Of a DNA stretch of 39,646 bases, positions 1 through 8,397 are shown in pieces (position 1 is the first letter of the stretch; every line of letters begins with the position of its first letter). The stretch lies in IMG/VR virus record IMGVR_UViG_3300037461_000591; one strand, 5' to 3'. The DNA is from a virus. The notes beneath the pieces were generated by a model. It was not told the origin of the DNA and did no database searches. It saw only the letters and a program-made list of their open reading frames with translations. Made by a program: the position numbers and the translations under genes.

Positions 1-127
1 TACTGACTTAAACCGTGGTATTTCTTCACCAGCTAAATACCTTGAAAAGGTTTCACATCCCATACATGGATCGGTAAGGACACAAGTAACGGCGGTACTG
101 TAAGGGCATGGATATAGTTTACTATTA
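1..127. repeat. Terminal direct repeat, copy 1 (identical to 39520..39646); contig closure overlap
   Basis: Read base by base: 1..127 is identical to 39520..39646. An ORF reads through the junction in frame. Confidence 0.95.
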
Positions 128-513
128 TCACATCTCTCCGGCTCCGTGAGGGCAGACTTAACTATCTGTTCTCGTTCATCTATTTCAGTCAAACAATCTT
201 TACCTCTTTGGGATTGTTCTATTTCAGGAGTCTGTCTTAATACCCATTTTGTAAATCTTTGATAGCTTTCAATAAGATCACGCATCACCCGTTCCCTTGT
301 AAGAGAGGGGAGTTCTGCTGATTCCCCCTCAAGGGATTGAAGCTCTTTCCTTATAGCGGATGCCTTATTTACACAATCAATTAACGGCTGATTATCCGTG
401 TCGTTGTTGTCTTTCCTTTCCTTAATCAAATTATTATCTGCTAAGAAATCAAGTGTTATTGTTAAACACTCTATCAGCTCCTTCGCTTTCTCGTATGCTA
501 ATTTGTAGTTCAT
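1..513 (-). CDS. Hypothetical Cys-rich protein, N-terminal part of a gene that wraps around the contig junction (continues at 39519..39289; 247 aa total)
   Basis: ATG at 513..511 and open to position 1 (171 codons; my translation is MNYKLAYEKAKELIECL...). It is in frame with the ORF ending at 39289 once the 127-bp overlap is collapsed. It carries the Cys cluster CDNSKLYPCPYSTAVTCVLTDPCMGC. No family recognised. Confidence 0.7.
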   Translation of the reverse strand, partial: MNYKLAYEKAKELIECLTITLDFLADNNLIKERKDNNDTDNQPLIDCVNKASAIRKELQSLEGESAELPSLTRERVMRDLIESYQRFTKWVLRQTPEIEQSQRGKDCLTEIDEREQIVKSALTEPERCDNSKLYPCPYSTAVTCVLTDPCMGCETFSRYLAGEEIPRFKSV

Positions 514-535
514 GGTTTATTGATTTATTGGTTAT

Positions 536-727
536 TTATCCTCGACAAGTACATTTTTCAACAGGCTTATTACACCCATGACAATGAAGTGTTTCCCCAA
601 TATACGGAGTAAAAGCATAATATGTTTGCCATTTACCATGACAACCTATACACATTGGAGTATGCCTATCTTTTCTTTCCCTTAGTGTATCCTCTAAGTC
701 TTTTGTGCTTATCTTGCTTAAATCCAT
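536..727 (-). CDS. Small Cys/His-rich (zinc-ribbon-like) protein, 63 aa
   Basis: ORF track. It has the pairs CIGCHG and CHGCNKPVEKCTC and is tightly packed against its neighbours. Confidence 0.65.
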   Translation of the reverse strand: MDLSKISTKDLEDTLRERKDRHTPMCIGCHGKWQTYYAFTPYIGETLHCHGCNKPVEKCTCRG

Positions 728-730
728 AGT

Positions 731-994
731 TTACTCTCCTATTGGTTTGCTTTTGGTTCGCTCTTTCATAAGCATATTGATAACTTCGAGTACATCTGTC
801 AGGCAGGTGTTGTTCCAAACAGTATCATATTCAAGACTTGGAAAGAAGCAATACTGCCTCCATGCTCCGTACCATTCGATTGTAGCAAGTGGATTGCCTG
901 ATGATTTATTAACCACATGAACAATCTTAGTTTTTCTGCCTCTAAATTGAGTGGCTTCAAAAATCAAATACTTTGTTTCTTTAATTATTGCCAT
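731..994 (-). CDS. Hypothetical phage protein, 87 aa
   Basis: ORF track, 3-nt gap to the next gene. The pattern RKTKIVHVVN...IEWYGAWRQYCFFP resembles a recurrent small phage protein of unknown function. Confidence 0.65.
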   Translation of the reverse strand: MAIIKETKYLIFEATQFRGRKTKIVHVVNKSSGNPLATIEWYGAWRQYCFFPSLEYDTVWNNTCLTDVLEVINMLMKERTKSKPIGE

Positions 995-1009
995 AGCTTT
1001 ATTGTTTAG

Positions 1010-1195
1010 TTATTGTTCCTTGGGCGGGGTTAATTCTATTTGATTAATATAATTTTCACATTCTTTAAATGTTCCAGTAAACCAAATACATCTGTGTCCG
1101 TCTTTAACGTGATATGTAGTTACTGCTGTTGAATTACCTGTTGTATAGTTAGCATCAATACAACGCCATCCTTGTTTTGTAATCATTCCACTCAT
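1010..1195 (-). CDS. Hypothetical protein, 61 aa
   Basis: ORF track; same strand and packing as its neighbours. Confidence 0.55.
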   Translation of the reverse strand: MSGMITKQGWRCIDANYTTGNSTAVTTYHVKDGHRCIWFTGTFKECENYINQIELTPPKEQ

Positions 1196-1263
1196 CCCTT
1201 TATCTGTTTTTCAAGTTTAGAAATACGTTTGTAGTACATAGCGTTTAGTCTTTAGCGGGTAAA

Positions 1264-1851
1264 TTATTGATTTGATTCCAACTTAGATAATTCGTCCTTA
1301 ATGGCTTTAATTTTTCTTTGCTTAACATCCTCTTTATTTAGTTCATAATATTTTGCCATAATGTCATCGAAGGAGTTAAATATATTTTTTGCATTTACAA
1401 TTCTCCAGTACAAGGAATTATTATGTGAATCAATATAATCAGGATTATAAGTCTTTAGGTCATCCCAAAATTTCTGAAAAAACTCTTGTGGGTATTCCTT
1501 ATTAAAGCCACTTCCGAAAGCAAAAATGTAAGGGCCTGTCGGGAAACTTATTTCAAGTAATAACTCATCCTCTGGTTGCTTGCCATTATCTAACCAACTA
1601 ATAGTTCTGTTATATTTCTCCCCCCACCAGCCAATATGAAGATACTCCTTAAATTTCAACCATTGTAAAGAATGCACTTCCTTTGGGTTAATGTCTAAAC
1701 CATAAGTCTCTTTTAATTCAATAGCAAAGAGATGGCATTTGGCCTTATCCTCCATGTCTTGAATATCAAAAACACAGATGTCTTTATGCTTTTTAATAGC
1801 ATCCAGAATTTCAGCATATGCCAATTTTGCATTAATTTTTTCTTTTTTCAT
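1264..1851 (-). CDS. Hypothetical protein, 195 aa
   Basis: ORF track. The TAAGATG stop-start junction with the upstream gene lies at 1849..1855. Confidence 0.75.
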   Translation of the reverse strand: MKKEKINAKLAYAEILDAIKKHKDICVFDIQDMEDKAKCHLFAIELKETYGLDINPKEVHSLQWLKFKEYLHIGWWGEKYNRTISWLDNGKQPEDELLLEISFPTGPYIFAFGSGFNKEYPQEFFQKFWDDLKTYNPDYIDSHNNSLYWRIVNAKNIFNSFDDIMAKYYELNKEDVKQRKIKAIKDELSKLESNQ

Positions 1852-1852
1852 C

Positions 1853-2167
1853 TTATTTATTTTTTGCGTTTAGTAACCAGTAATTATACAATTCGTTATC
1901 GTCAAATACTTTACGAGGTTCTCCATCCCAATCATCTACATCTTTTACAATAAACCATCTATTAAAATATTCAACTACTCCGTTTTTTACAGACTGTTTA
2001 GGACATGAATTACAATTATTTCTTATCCACTCCACAAACTCAAAGTAATGCTCCTTTGTAAGAGCATCTATCTCTGAGGCGAGTTTCTCAAGCGGAACAT
2101 CTACCCGAACATCATTCTCAGAATAGTAAATCCCTTTGTCTAATATTTCAAGAATAAGCTTCTCCAT
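1853..2167 (-). CDS. Hypothetical protein, 104 aa
   Basis: ORF track. Preceded by a 17-nt leader that is identical to the leader of the next gene upstream. Confidence 0.7.
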   Translation of the reverse strand: MEKLILEILDKGIYYSENDVRVDVPLEKLASEIDALTKEHYFEFVEWIRNNCNSCPKQSVKNGVVEYFNRWFIVKDVDDWDGEPRKVFDDNELYNYWLLNAKNK

Positions 2168-2175
2168 TGTCTTAG

Positions 2176-2352
2176 TTATTTTTTAATGAATATTATGTCT
2201 TTATTGCAAGGAAACTTAAATTTGTTTTTTACCTTCTCACAGCATGGATAAGGCCTCATCATAGACACTATTTCAAAATAACAACCATCACAATTTTCAT
2301 TTCCTGTATGAATTTGTTTCAGTTGTTGTCCCTTGTAAATATATTTTGACAT
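2176..2352 (-). CDS. Small Cys-rich protein, 58 aa (below the ORF-track cutoff)
   Basis: My translation is MSKYIYKGQQLKQIHTGNENCDGCYFEIVSMMRPYPCCEKVKNKFKFPCNKDIIFIKK. It fills the 2168..2391 gap and has the same 17-nt leader as 1853..2167. Confidence 0.55.
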   Translation of the reverse strand: MSKYIYKGQQLKQIHTGNENCDGCYFEIVSMMRPYPCCEKVKNKFKFPCNKDIIFIKK

Positions 2353-2391
2353 TGTCTTAGTTATTTAGTTAAATCTCTCAATCTCCTTGCC

Positions 2392-3078
2392 TCAAAGCAG
2401 ACGTGATAAATTTCTTTTCTGATCAATAACCGTAAATTCTTTTAATGCTTCAATAAGCTCTAAAAGTTTTTCTTTTGACGGTTCTGGTAAATGGTTATTC
2501 CCTGAATCAGCACCTATGTTTACTTGTTTTGGATTGCAAGCTTTAATTAATTGAATCATATCTTCTAAATCAAAATCCATAACAGGTTCAATAGTTACGA
2601 ATCTGTCATAAAAACTATCTATTAATTTGTGCATAAAACCGGCTCGCTCAACTGGACGAGGACAATTTTTCATTATATCTGGATAAAAACGATTTGTTTC
2701 AATAGTAGTGCAAATAGACGATCTATTAGGGATGTTTCCTAACAGGTTTAATATCCTTTTTGGATTTTTTGTTTGAAATAAATAACTACTAAACCAATAT
2801 TTATTACAATGTTCAATAGTCTTGTTTATCCATTCAATAGGAATGTCATCAGCAAATATATCACAACTTGACCCAACGAAAATAAAAGTATTTTTCCTTT
2901 GAAGCCAATTTTCTGAATTAAGTTGCGTTTTTAATTCTGATTCATCAAGCCTGACTGGTTTTTGTTTCCCCCAACGCTTCATATAGCAATAAGTACAACC
3001 GTGAGGACACTCCCCTTTTATCGGATTCCAAGTATGGGTAATCCAACTATACATATTCCCCTTTGATTCTCTTAACAT
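2392..3078 (-). CDS. Phage Gp37/Gp68 family (DUF5131) protein with a radical-SAM-like CX3CX2C triad
   Basis: 228 aa. The N-terminus SWITHTWNPIKGECPHGCTYCYMKRW matches the hallmark WNP..G C...GC..CY start of Gp37/Gp68 proteins. Confidence 0.75.
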   Translation of the reverse strand: MLRESKGNMYSWITHTWNPIKGECPHGCTYCYMKRWGKQKPVRLDESELKTQLNSENWLQRKNTFIFVGSSCDIFADDIPIEWINKTIEHCNKYWFSSYLFQTKNPKRILNLLGNIPNRSSICTTIETNRFYPDIMKNCPRPVERAGFMHKLIDSFYDRFVTIEPVMDFDLEDMIQLIKACNPKQVNIGADSGNNHLPEPSKEKLLELIEALKEFTVIDQKRNLSRLL

Positions 3079-3081
3079 ATC

Positions 3082-3234
3082 TTATGATTTATTTTCATTC
3101 ATTTCCTTTAATCTCCTTGCCTCTGCCCCGGCATCACGGTAAACTTTGTCATTGAATCTTCTGAACTTGTGTACCTTGTAGCCTACATACCACGCTAAAA
3201 GGATTATTACGATGATTATTAAAAAAACTGTCAT
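3082..3234 (-). CDS. Small single-pass membrane protein, 50 aa (below the ORF-track cutoff)
   Basis: My translation is MTVFLIIIVIILLAWYVGYKVHKFRRFNDKVYRDAGAEARRLKEMNENKS. It has an ATGA overlap with the upstream gene at 3231..3234, and its stop lies 3 nt before the next ATG. Confidence 0.55.
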   Translation of the reverse strand: MTVFLIIIVIILLAWYVGYKVHKFRRFNDKVYRDAGAEARRLKEMNENKS

Positions 3235-4004
3235 AATATTTCTTTTATAATTTTATAAAGTTTCGCTTCGCTCTCCTGCCAGCTGTGAAGTCCATATTCA
3301 TCAGGAGCAATATCTATATCTGCACCATAACCAAGCCGGGCAATAGTATGTAATGAACTAGCCCCATAACCTACCACCTTATCTTTAAAACTCCTTATAA
3401 ATCCGTGTCTTAAAAGCAGCATATATGTCTCGTAATCGACACGGGAGCTATAATATACCGGGGGGTCAAGGGCCCTGGGATCACGCTGAACGCCCTCATC
3501 GTAGCCATGATAAACAACATCAGGAATCCTTCCGCTATCATTTATAATCTTTGCACAAACAACAACATGATTGATCTTCTTATAAAACCACTCCCATAGT
3601 CGAATAAGTCTTTTATGTGGCTGAGTCTCTCTTGAAATACTATCCCGCATGTCAAGCAGAACCTTGCTCCCAAGTCTTTGCATAACCCATGCTGTAAGAA
3701 TCAAGCTCTCCGGGGGTGAAGTAAAAATGAAAAGATCATATTTCTTCCTGTGCTTAATACAGGGAATCAATGCCAACAGTCCCCAAAGTATTGCAGGAAG
3801 TTTTCTCCCGAACCTGAACACTCGGCCAAGAAACAAATAAGGCATAGTCTTGTCTCTCTGGCAATTTCTCGGAGAACGTGATGTCAGCACATGAAGCCGG
3901 ATGTCATTTCTCCAGCTCATATAACGTCCGAGGTTGATCCAGCGGAGCGACCCGGCACTCAGCCAGGGATACCAGTAATTAGTGACTAGAAGAATCTTTG
4001 TCAT
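3231..4004 (-). CDS. Glycosyltransferase-like protein (GT-B/GT4 N-terminal Rossmann-like domain), 257 aa
   Basis: The start KILLVTNYWYPWLSAGSLRWINLGRYM...IRLHVLT resembles the N-terminal domain of GT4 enzymes. It is too short for a full GT-B fold, so the assignment is tentative. Confidence 0.45.
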   Translation of the reverse strand: MTKILLVTNYWYPWLSAGSLRWINLGRYMSWRNDIRLHVLTSRSPRNCQRDKTMPYLFLGRVFRFGRKLPAILWGLLALIPCIKHRKKYDLFIFTSPPESLILTAWVMQRLGSKVLLDMRDSISRETQPHKRLIRLWEWFYKKINHVVVCAKIINDSGRIPDVVYHGYDEGVQRDPRALDPPVYYSSRVDYETYMLLLRHGFIRSFKDKVVGYGASSLHTIARLGYGADIDIAPDEYGLHSWQESEAKLYKIIKEIL

Positions 4005-4311
4005 TTTCTTTTTTTAAAAGTTCAAGGATCTCCATTATCACAGGATTTGTCTCAGATATGTTTCTCAGCTCCTCGCTTCTGAATCCTATCTTCGTATCTA
4101 AATAACCAATAAACAACGATATTGCAAGTATCGCAATCACTGCCAGAGGAATGGTCAGAATAGCATGTTGAAAGAATATCCGGGAAACATCACCTCCGAC
4201 GCTCTTAATAAGCACAATACCTATCAGCAAAAACTGAATCAGCGATACATATACCCGCGCTCTGTCAAGGTATATCTTCCAGCGAACAAGTGAACGTATA
4301 TTAATTTTCAT
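3979..4311 (-). CDS. Membrane protein with two predicted TM helices, 110 aa
   Basis: ORF track. The hydrophobic stretches are VYVSLIQFLLIGIVLI and AILTIPLAVIAILAISLFIGYL. It overlaps the next gene by 26 nt. Confidence 0.65.
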   Translation of the reverse strand: MKINIRSLVRWKIYLDRARVYVSLIQFLLIGIVLIKSVGGDVSRIFFQHAILTIPLAVIAILAISLFIGYLDTKIGFRSEELRNISETNPVIMEILELLKKENDKDSSSH

Positions 4312-4312
4312 A

Positions 4313-5110
4313 CTATATCCTCCAATTCATAGGGTGAACAATCATCTGATACCTCCCTCCTGTTTCCCATAAATCCCACGGAGGGGTCGTTTTCCATCCA
4401 TAATGCCCGTCAGCCAGATAGCCGTCAAAGGGCACATGGTATGCTTCGTATTCAAGCCGGAAATCCGACATAGGAAATATAATATCTCCCTTCCAGAAAT
4501 CCCAGCCCGGCGAAGGAAGTCCAAATACATTGTAATTCAGATACCTGTACTTTTTACAAAGCCGGTCGCCGTGTGCAGATGAGCCATTGATAACAGCCCC
4601 CATGCTCCTCAAATATTCAATTGGTTCGAGGATACAGGAGCGAATATCTTTTTTTGTCTCAAGAAATTCAGTGATAGCGTTATTGTGCCAACCGACCTCG
4701 TGACCTAATGACTGGATGTAAAGTATAGCATCTGTCATCTCATGTGATCCCCAGTAACGAGCCGTCCGGGTATTGAGAAAAAAGAATGTACTGTGAACCA
4801 ATCTTGTAGCTCCATGATTAAAAAGAGCCGCGTTAAGATCATCATTAATACCTGCTTCTATCTCAGCCATCCTGACCGCTTTATTAAGATCCTTGTCAAT
4901 ATCATGCCGAAGTAATATTCCCGGCCCGTCATCCGTGAATCTGATAAACCTGTGATCTTTTTTAAGAACTGTAAGGATAGATAAATAATAATCCTTCGTA
5001 AATTCTTTATTCAGAGTATATTTATCCGTTACCCTCCTAATTTGTTTTTTTAACCATTCCATAAAATCAATATTAAAATTGTTAATAATAATATGGCCCA
5101 GAAAAGACAT
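4313..5110 (-). CDS. Polysaccharide deacetylase-like (CE4 superfamily-like) protein, 265 aa
   Basis: The motifs LLRHDIDKD, GHEVGWHNN, SSAHGD and the C-terminal IVHPMNW follow the usual order of deacetylase-family metal and catalytic motifs. The start could instead be the internal Met at 5062. Confidence 0.55.
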   Translation of the reverse strand: MSFLGHIIINNFNIDFMEWLKKQIRRVTDKYTLNKEFTKDYYLSILTVLKKDHRFIRFTDDGPGILLRHDIDKDLNKAVRMAEIEAGINDDLNAALFNHGATRLVHSTFFFLNTRTARYWGSHEMTDAILYIQSLGHEVGWHNNAITEFLETKKDIRSCILEPIEYLRSMGAVINGSSAHGDRLCKKYRYLNYNVFGLPSPGWDFWKGDIIFPMSDFRLEYEAYHVPFDGYLADGHYGWKTTPPWDLWETGGRYQMIVHPMNWRI

Positions 5111-5143
5111 CCCTGAAAAGTAGCCCGTATCAATGCCAATGCG

Positions 5144-5707
5144 TTATTTATTTCTCTCGGCATAAACAATGTATATCCGCGGTGTGACCCATCGCAACAA
5201 AGTTCTGAATCCCAAAGCAAACGAAGGGCTTGTATATTTTGCCCGGTCAACGATTTCCCATCCTGCCTTCTCAAGCAACCAGTCAAATTGCCATTGTTCA
5301 AATTCGTGATAGTGCCATCCTGCAGGATTATTTTTATTTTTAAATGCAGGGGCAAACCATAGCCTTAAAGGAACCGAAGCAATAAGTTTCTTTCCGGGGA
5401 CGTTCTGTAATACCTGTAAAGGACTCATCAAGTGTTCAAGAACCTCAAGGGCAGTAACAGCATCGACAAGCTTATAAGACCTCAGCTCTTTATAATCAGT
5501 ATCAAAATCTTCGCCCCTGGTATTAACAACATTATACCCAGCCTCTGAAATAAAGTTACCTAAACCATTTTCTGTTCCGAGGTCAAGGATATTACTGCCT
5601 TCAGAAATATGCTTCTCAATAAAAGCCAGCGTTAAATTATATCTTCTCAGGCTCCAACGGTCATGAAGAAAGTCGTCGCGGTGAATAGGAAAATCTTTAT
5701 TTATCAT
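5144..5707 (-). CDS. Class I SAM-dependent methyltransferase, 187 aa
   Basis: Motif I is ILDLGTENGLGN, the acidic loop is DFD, and the post-I region is DAVTALEVLEHL. This is typical of the Methyltransf_11/23 type. Confidence 0.75.
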   Translation of the reverse strand: MINKDFPIHRDDFLHDRWSLRRYNLTLAFIEKHISEGSNILDLGTENGLGNFISEAGYNVVNTRGEDFDTDYKELRSYKLVDAVTALEVLEHLMSPLQVLQNVPGKKLIASVPLRLWFAPAFKNKNNPAGWHYHEFEQWQFDWLLEKAGWEIVDRAKYTSPSFALGFRTLLRWVTPRIYIVYAERNK

Positions 5708-6008
5708 TTGCTAAGAATTTTTGATATTCTATTTCTCTTTGAGAGAACCAATAATTGAGATGTATTTCTATTGCTTCCCCCGGTCTCCCTGTAAAAGAAA
5801 CAATTTTTAAAATCATTGCTTGTTCAAAATCAGTGCTTGTAATTTGTATCTTGTGATATTCTTTTGTCCTTAGTTTCCATTTACAGAAATCATTATAATT
5901 TCCAAATAGCTTAATAATAACACTATCTGTTCCAAGAATAAATTGAGTTTCGTTTTTTACAAATTCTCCATTTATTTTTGCCCTAAAATCTGATGCATTT
6001 ATTGCCAT
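5697..6008 (-). CDS. Hypothetical protein, 103 aa
   Basis: ORF track; overlaps the downstream gene by 11 nt. Confidence 0.65.
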   Translation of the reverse strand: MAINASDFRAKINGEFVKNETQFILGTDSVIIKLFGNYNDFCKWKLRTKEYHKIQITSTDFEQAMILKIVSFTGRPGEAIEIHLNYWFSQREIEYQKFLANDK

Positions 6009-6019
6009 GATGTTTAATT

Positions 6020-6415
6020 TTATACTTTCTTTGCTTTATAACGTGGCGACATATCCTGGTCATAATCGACCAGAAAATTAACTATCAGCTGGTTAAGCGT
6101 TCCCTTCCCTCCCCTGCTGTTCAATACTGCAGGAACGGCTTCAATGAATCTATCAATCTTACATCTGCGAAGCGGCCGTGTCGGCATGTCTGACTGTGCT
6201 ATGACGAAAGCCCCGGTAAGACCTTCATATACCCATACGTTACGCTTATTTCTCGAAATAAATAAATCATATTCTTCATATCCCGGAACGCGTAATGTTT
6301 TGGCCATAGGATCCCAAAGGAAAGTAATCTGTTTCTTCCCTGACTTGAGTTCTGTCACCCTTGAAAGATAATATCTCTCAGAGATACGCTCGTAGTATTC
6401 GTAGATAGTATTCAT
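6020..6415 (-). CDS. Hypothetical protein, 131 aa
   Basis: ORF track; 4-nt overlap with the upstream gene. Confidence 0.7.
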   Translation of the reverse strand: MNTIYEYYERISERYYLSRVTELKSGKKQITFLWDPMAKTLRVPGYEEYDLFISRNKRNVWVYEGLTGAFVIAQSDMPTRPLRRCKIDRFIEAVPAVLNSRGGKGTLNQLIVNFLVDYDQDMSPRYKAKKV

Positions 6416-6615
6416 TCTACTGTCTGGCCTGTAAGCTCGCTGATAATCGCATCGTTGAGATTCTTAACAACACTCGACATGAGTGAGTTAATTGTTTCTC
6501 TTCGCTTCTGGTCCCTTACAGAACCATTTATGTTCTCCAGCAATGTTATTGCTTCGGCGTGTAGTTTCTTCATTTCCGCTGCCGTTTCTTTCTTTATGTT
6601 CTCTTCTTCTCTCAT
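6412..6615 (-). CDS. Hypothetical coiled-coil protein, 67 aa
   Basis: ORF track; 4-nt overlaps on both sides. Confidence 0.6.
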   Translation of the reverse strand: MREEENIKKETAAEMKKLHAEAITLLENINGSVRDQKRRETINSLMSSVVKNLNDAIISELTGQTVE

Positions 6616-6869
6616 AGTTTCTGATATTTAGAATTTACCTGATCGACACATTTGAAGTTGATCTGTCCGCGCTCCCTGAGCATCCTCATAATACGGAAAA
6701 CAGTATCAGGATATACCGAGGGGCGCATCAGTTCACGGGCTGCCTGCCGGTGAATATCATAACCGCTGAAATATTCCGGCATCCTTAAGAAAGCTGATTT
6801 AACGGCCTGAATAACTGTTACCCGGCCTTTCTGTTTGAAATAACGCTGTTGAATCTCATTTGCTGTCAT
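6612..6869 (-). CDS. Hypothetical protein, possibly a winged-helix DNA binder, 85 aa
   Basis: ORF track; basic, with an RIMRMLRERGQI helix. The fold assignment is speculative. Confidence 0.6.
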   Translation of the reverse strand: MTANEIQQRYFKQKGRVTVIQAVKSAFLRMPEYFSGYDIHRQAARELMRPSVYPDTVFRIMRMLRERGQINFKCVDQVNSKYQKL

Positions 6870-7051
6870 AGCTTTATATGTATTGGTTCATTCTCAAATC
6901 TGCAATCAGGAACGGTATAATAGCTCTTTCCAAACCTGGTATATAAATATCTCTGTGATACACTATCCCATACCCTCTCTGCCCCGCAGTCAATACAGAT
7001 AAAATCCCGCCAGCCTCTTTGCTTCCAGGTATGATGGTTAAGTAGTTTCAT
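6866..7051 (-). CDS. Small zinc-ribbon-like protein, 61 aa
   Basis: ORF track. It has CIDCG ... PDC and a 1-nt overlap with dnaB. Confidence 0.55.
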   Translation of the reverse strand: MKLLNHHTWKQRGWRDFICIDCGAERVWDSVSQRYLYTRFGKSYYTVPDCRFENEPIHIKL

Positions 7052-8397
7052 TAATAGGGTTCTGTTTCTTCTTTTATTTCTGTCATCGCTATATTATGAA
7101 TAGCATAAAAACTACCTATTGCGCCGTTCCTGTTCTTGGCGATTATTAACTCAATAAGTCCGTTACTGTTTTTCTCTGTGCCATCGACAACAACACTGCG
7201 AAGTCCATAATAAGCCGGGCGATATGGAAATATTACCATGTCGGCGTCCTGTTCAATAGCTCCCGACTCTCTCAGATCAGAAAGTTGCGGTCTCTTTTCG
7301 CTCCGCGCCTCTGACTGTCTGTTCAATTGACTAAGAGCTATAACCGGCAGATCCATGTCTTTAGCAATAGCTTTCAGCCCCCTGGATATACTCGCCACCT
7401 CCTGCTCCCGCGATTGCCCCTCTCCTTTCATCAGTTGCAAATAGTCAACTATTATCATTTTAATGCCATGCTTCATAACCAGTTTCCGGGCCTTGCTACG
7501 AAGCTCCATAACTGAGATATTAGAAGAATCATCAATATAAACCGGCAGGTTAATGAGCTTTTCAGAATCGGTAAGTAACTTTTCAATATCGCAATGTCCC
7601 TGCATAAGTTCAACATTTGTTTTATCAGATACCGCCGATAGTGATCTTTGAGCCAGGGATTCCCCGGACATCTCACAAGAGAACAGAGCTACGGGTATAT
7701 TCATTTCAGCGTTATTTATGGCTATCTGTAAACCGAGTGCAGACTTACCCATCGAAGGCCGCCCGGCAATAATTATCAATTCACCATTTTTAAATCCTCC
7801 TGTCATGCGGTCCATCTTCATAAACCCGGAAGGGGTGCCAATAAGTTTTATCTCGTGATTTATGATCTTTTGAATTTTATCAATAAGCCAATCAACCAGC
7901 CTGCCAAGTTTTACAGGTTCTTTTTTATGGGTGTTCTCTGTTATCTGAAATAGGTTAGACTCTGCAAACTCAAGCATCTCGGATAATTCAAATGTCTCAT
8001 CAAAGGACTTACTTTGTAGTTCTGAAGAATAGCGTATCATCTCCCGTCTCAGGTACTTCTCTTTTATGATCATTGCATGGAACTCAATCTGGCTGCCGGA
8101 AATTATTTTTGATGTCAGCTGTGAAATAAAGACAGGGCCTCCAACCTTGTCAAGTTCATTGTTTGCCCTTAACTGTTCGGTAAGGGTGACCATATCGACA
8201 GAATTGAACTTTTTAAATACCTGGATAGCATTTCTGTAAACTGTCTTATGCGAATCTTTGTAAAACATATCCTCGGTGAGAATGGCAATAACATCATTCA
8301 TTGATTCAGGATAAATGAGGATGGTTCCCAAAACCGCCTCTTCACAATCAATAGCATGGGGCGGAACTTTGCCGAATGATATAATATCCTGCCTCAT
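7051..8397 (-). CDS. dnaB: Replicative DNA helicase, DnaB family
   Basis: 448 aa. It has the DnaB N-terminal pattern PPHAIDCEEAVLGTIL, Walker A GRPSMGKSALGLQ, Walker B MIIVDYLQLM, and RESGAIEQDADMV. Confidence 0.93.
   Translation of the reverse strand: MRQDIISFGKVPPHAIDCEEAVLGTILIYPESMNDVIAILTEDMFYKDSHKTVYRNAIQVFKKFNSVDMVTLTEQLRANNELDKVGGPVFISQLTSKIISGSQIEFHAMIIKEKYLRREMIRYSSELQSKSFDETFELSEMLEFAESNLFQITENTHKKEPVKLGRLVDWLIDKIQKIINHEIKLIGTPSGFMKMDRMTGGFKNGELIIIAGRPSMGKSALGLQIAINNAEMNIPVALFSCEMSGESLAQRSLSAVSDKTNVELMQGHCDIEKLLTDSEKLINLPVYIDDSSNISVMELRSKARKLVMKHGIKMIIVDYLQLMKGEGQSREQEVASISRGLKAIAKDMDLPVIALSQLNRQSEARSEKRPQLSDLRESGAIEQDADMVIFPYRPAYYGLRSVVVDGTEKNSNGLIELIIAKNRNGAIGSFYAIHNIAMTEIKEETEPY

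Noticed and set aside
1-127. The 127-bp terminal repeat as a genuine physical direct terminal repeat (DTR) of the virion DNA.
   Set aside because: The length equals a common maximum assembler k-mer, and a gene reads in frame through the junction. Assembly closure of a circular or permuted genome is therefore the simpler explanation. It cannot be excluded without reads.
1196-1263. A 15-codon micro-ORF (MYYKRISKLEKQIKG) with an ATGA overlap onto 1010..1195.
   Set aside because: It is too short to support from sequence alone. It may simply be leader sequence.
2380-3123. An exact 14-mer aatctccttgcctc at 2380..2393 and 3110..3123, flanking the DUF5131 gene and containing an AAGGAG-like string on the coding strand.
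   Set aside because: A single 14-nt match is within chance expectation for all-against-all comparison in an AT-biased 40-kb genome. The AAGGAG lies 25-30 nt from the next start codons, too far for an SD function. Kept only as a note.
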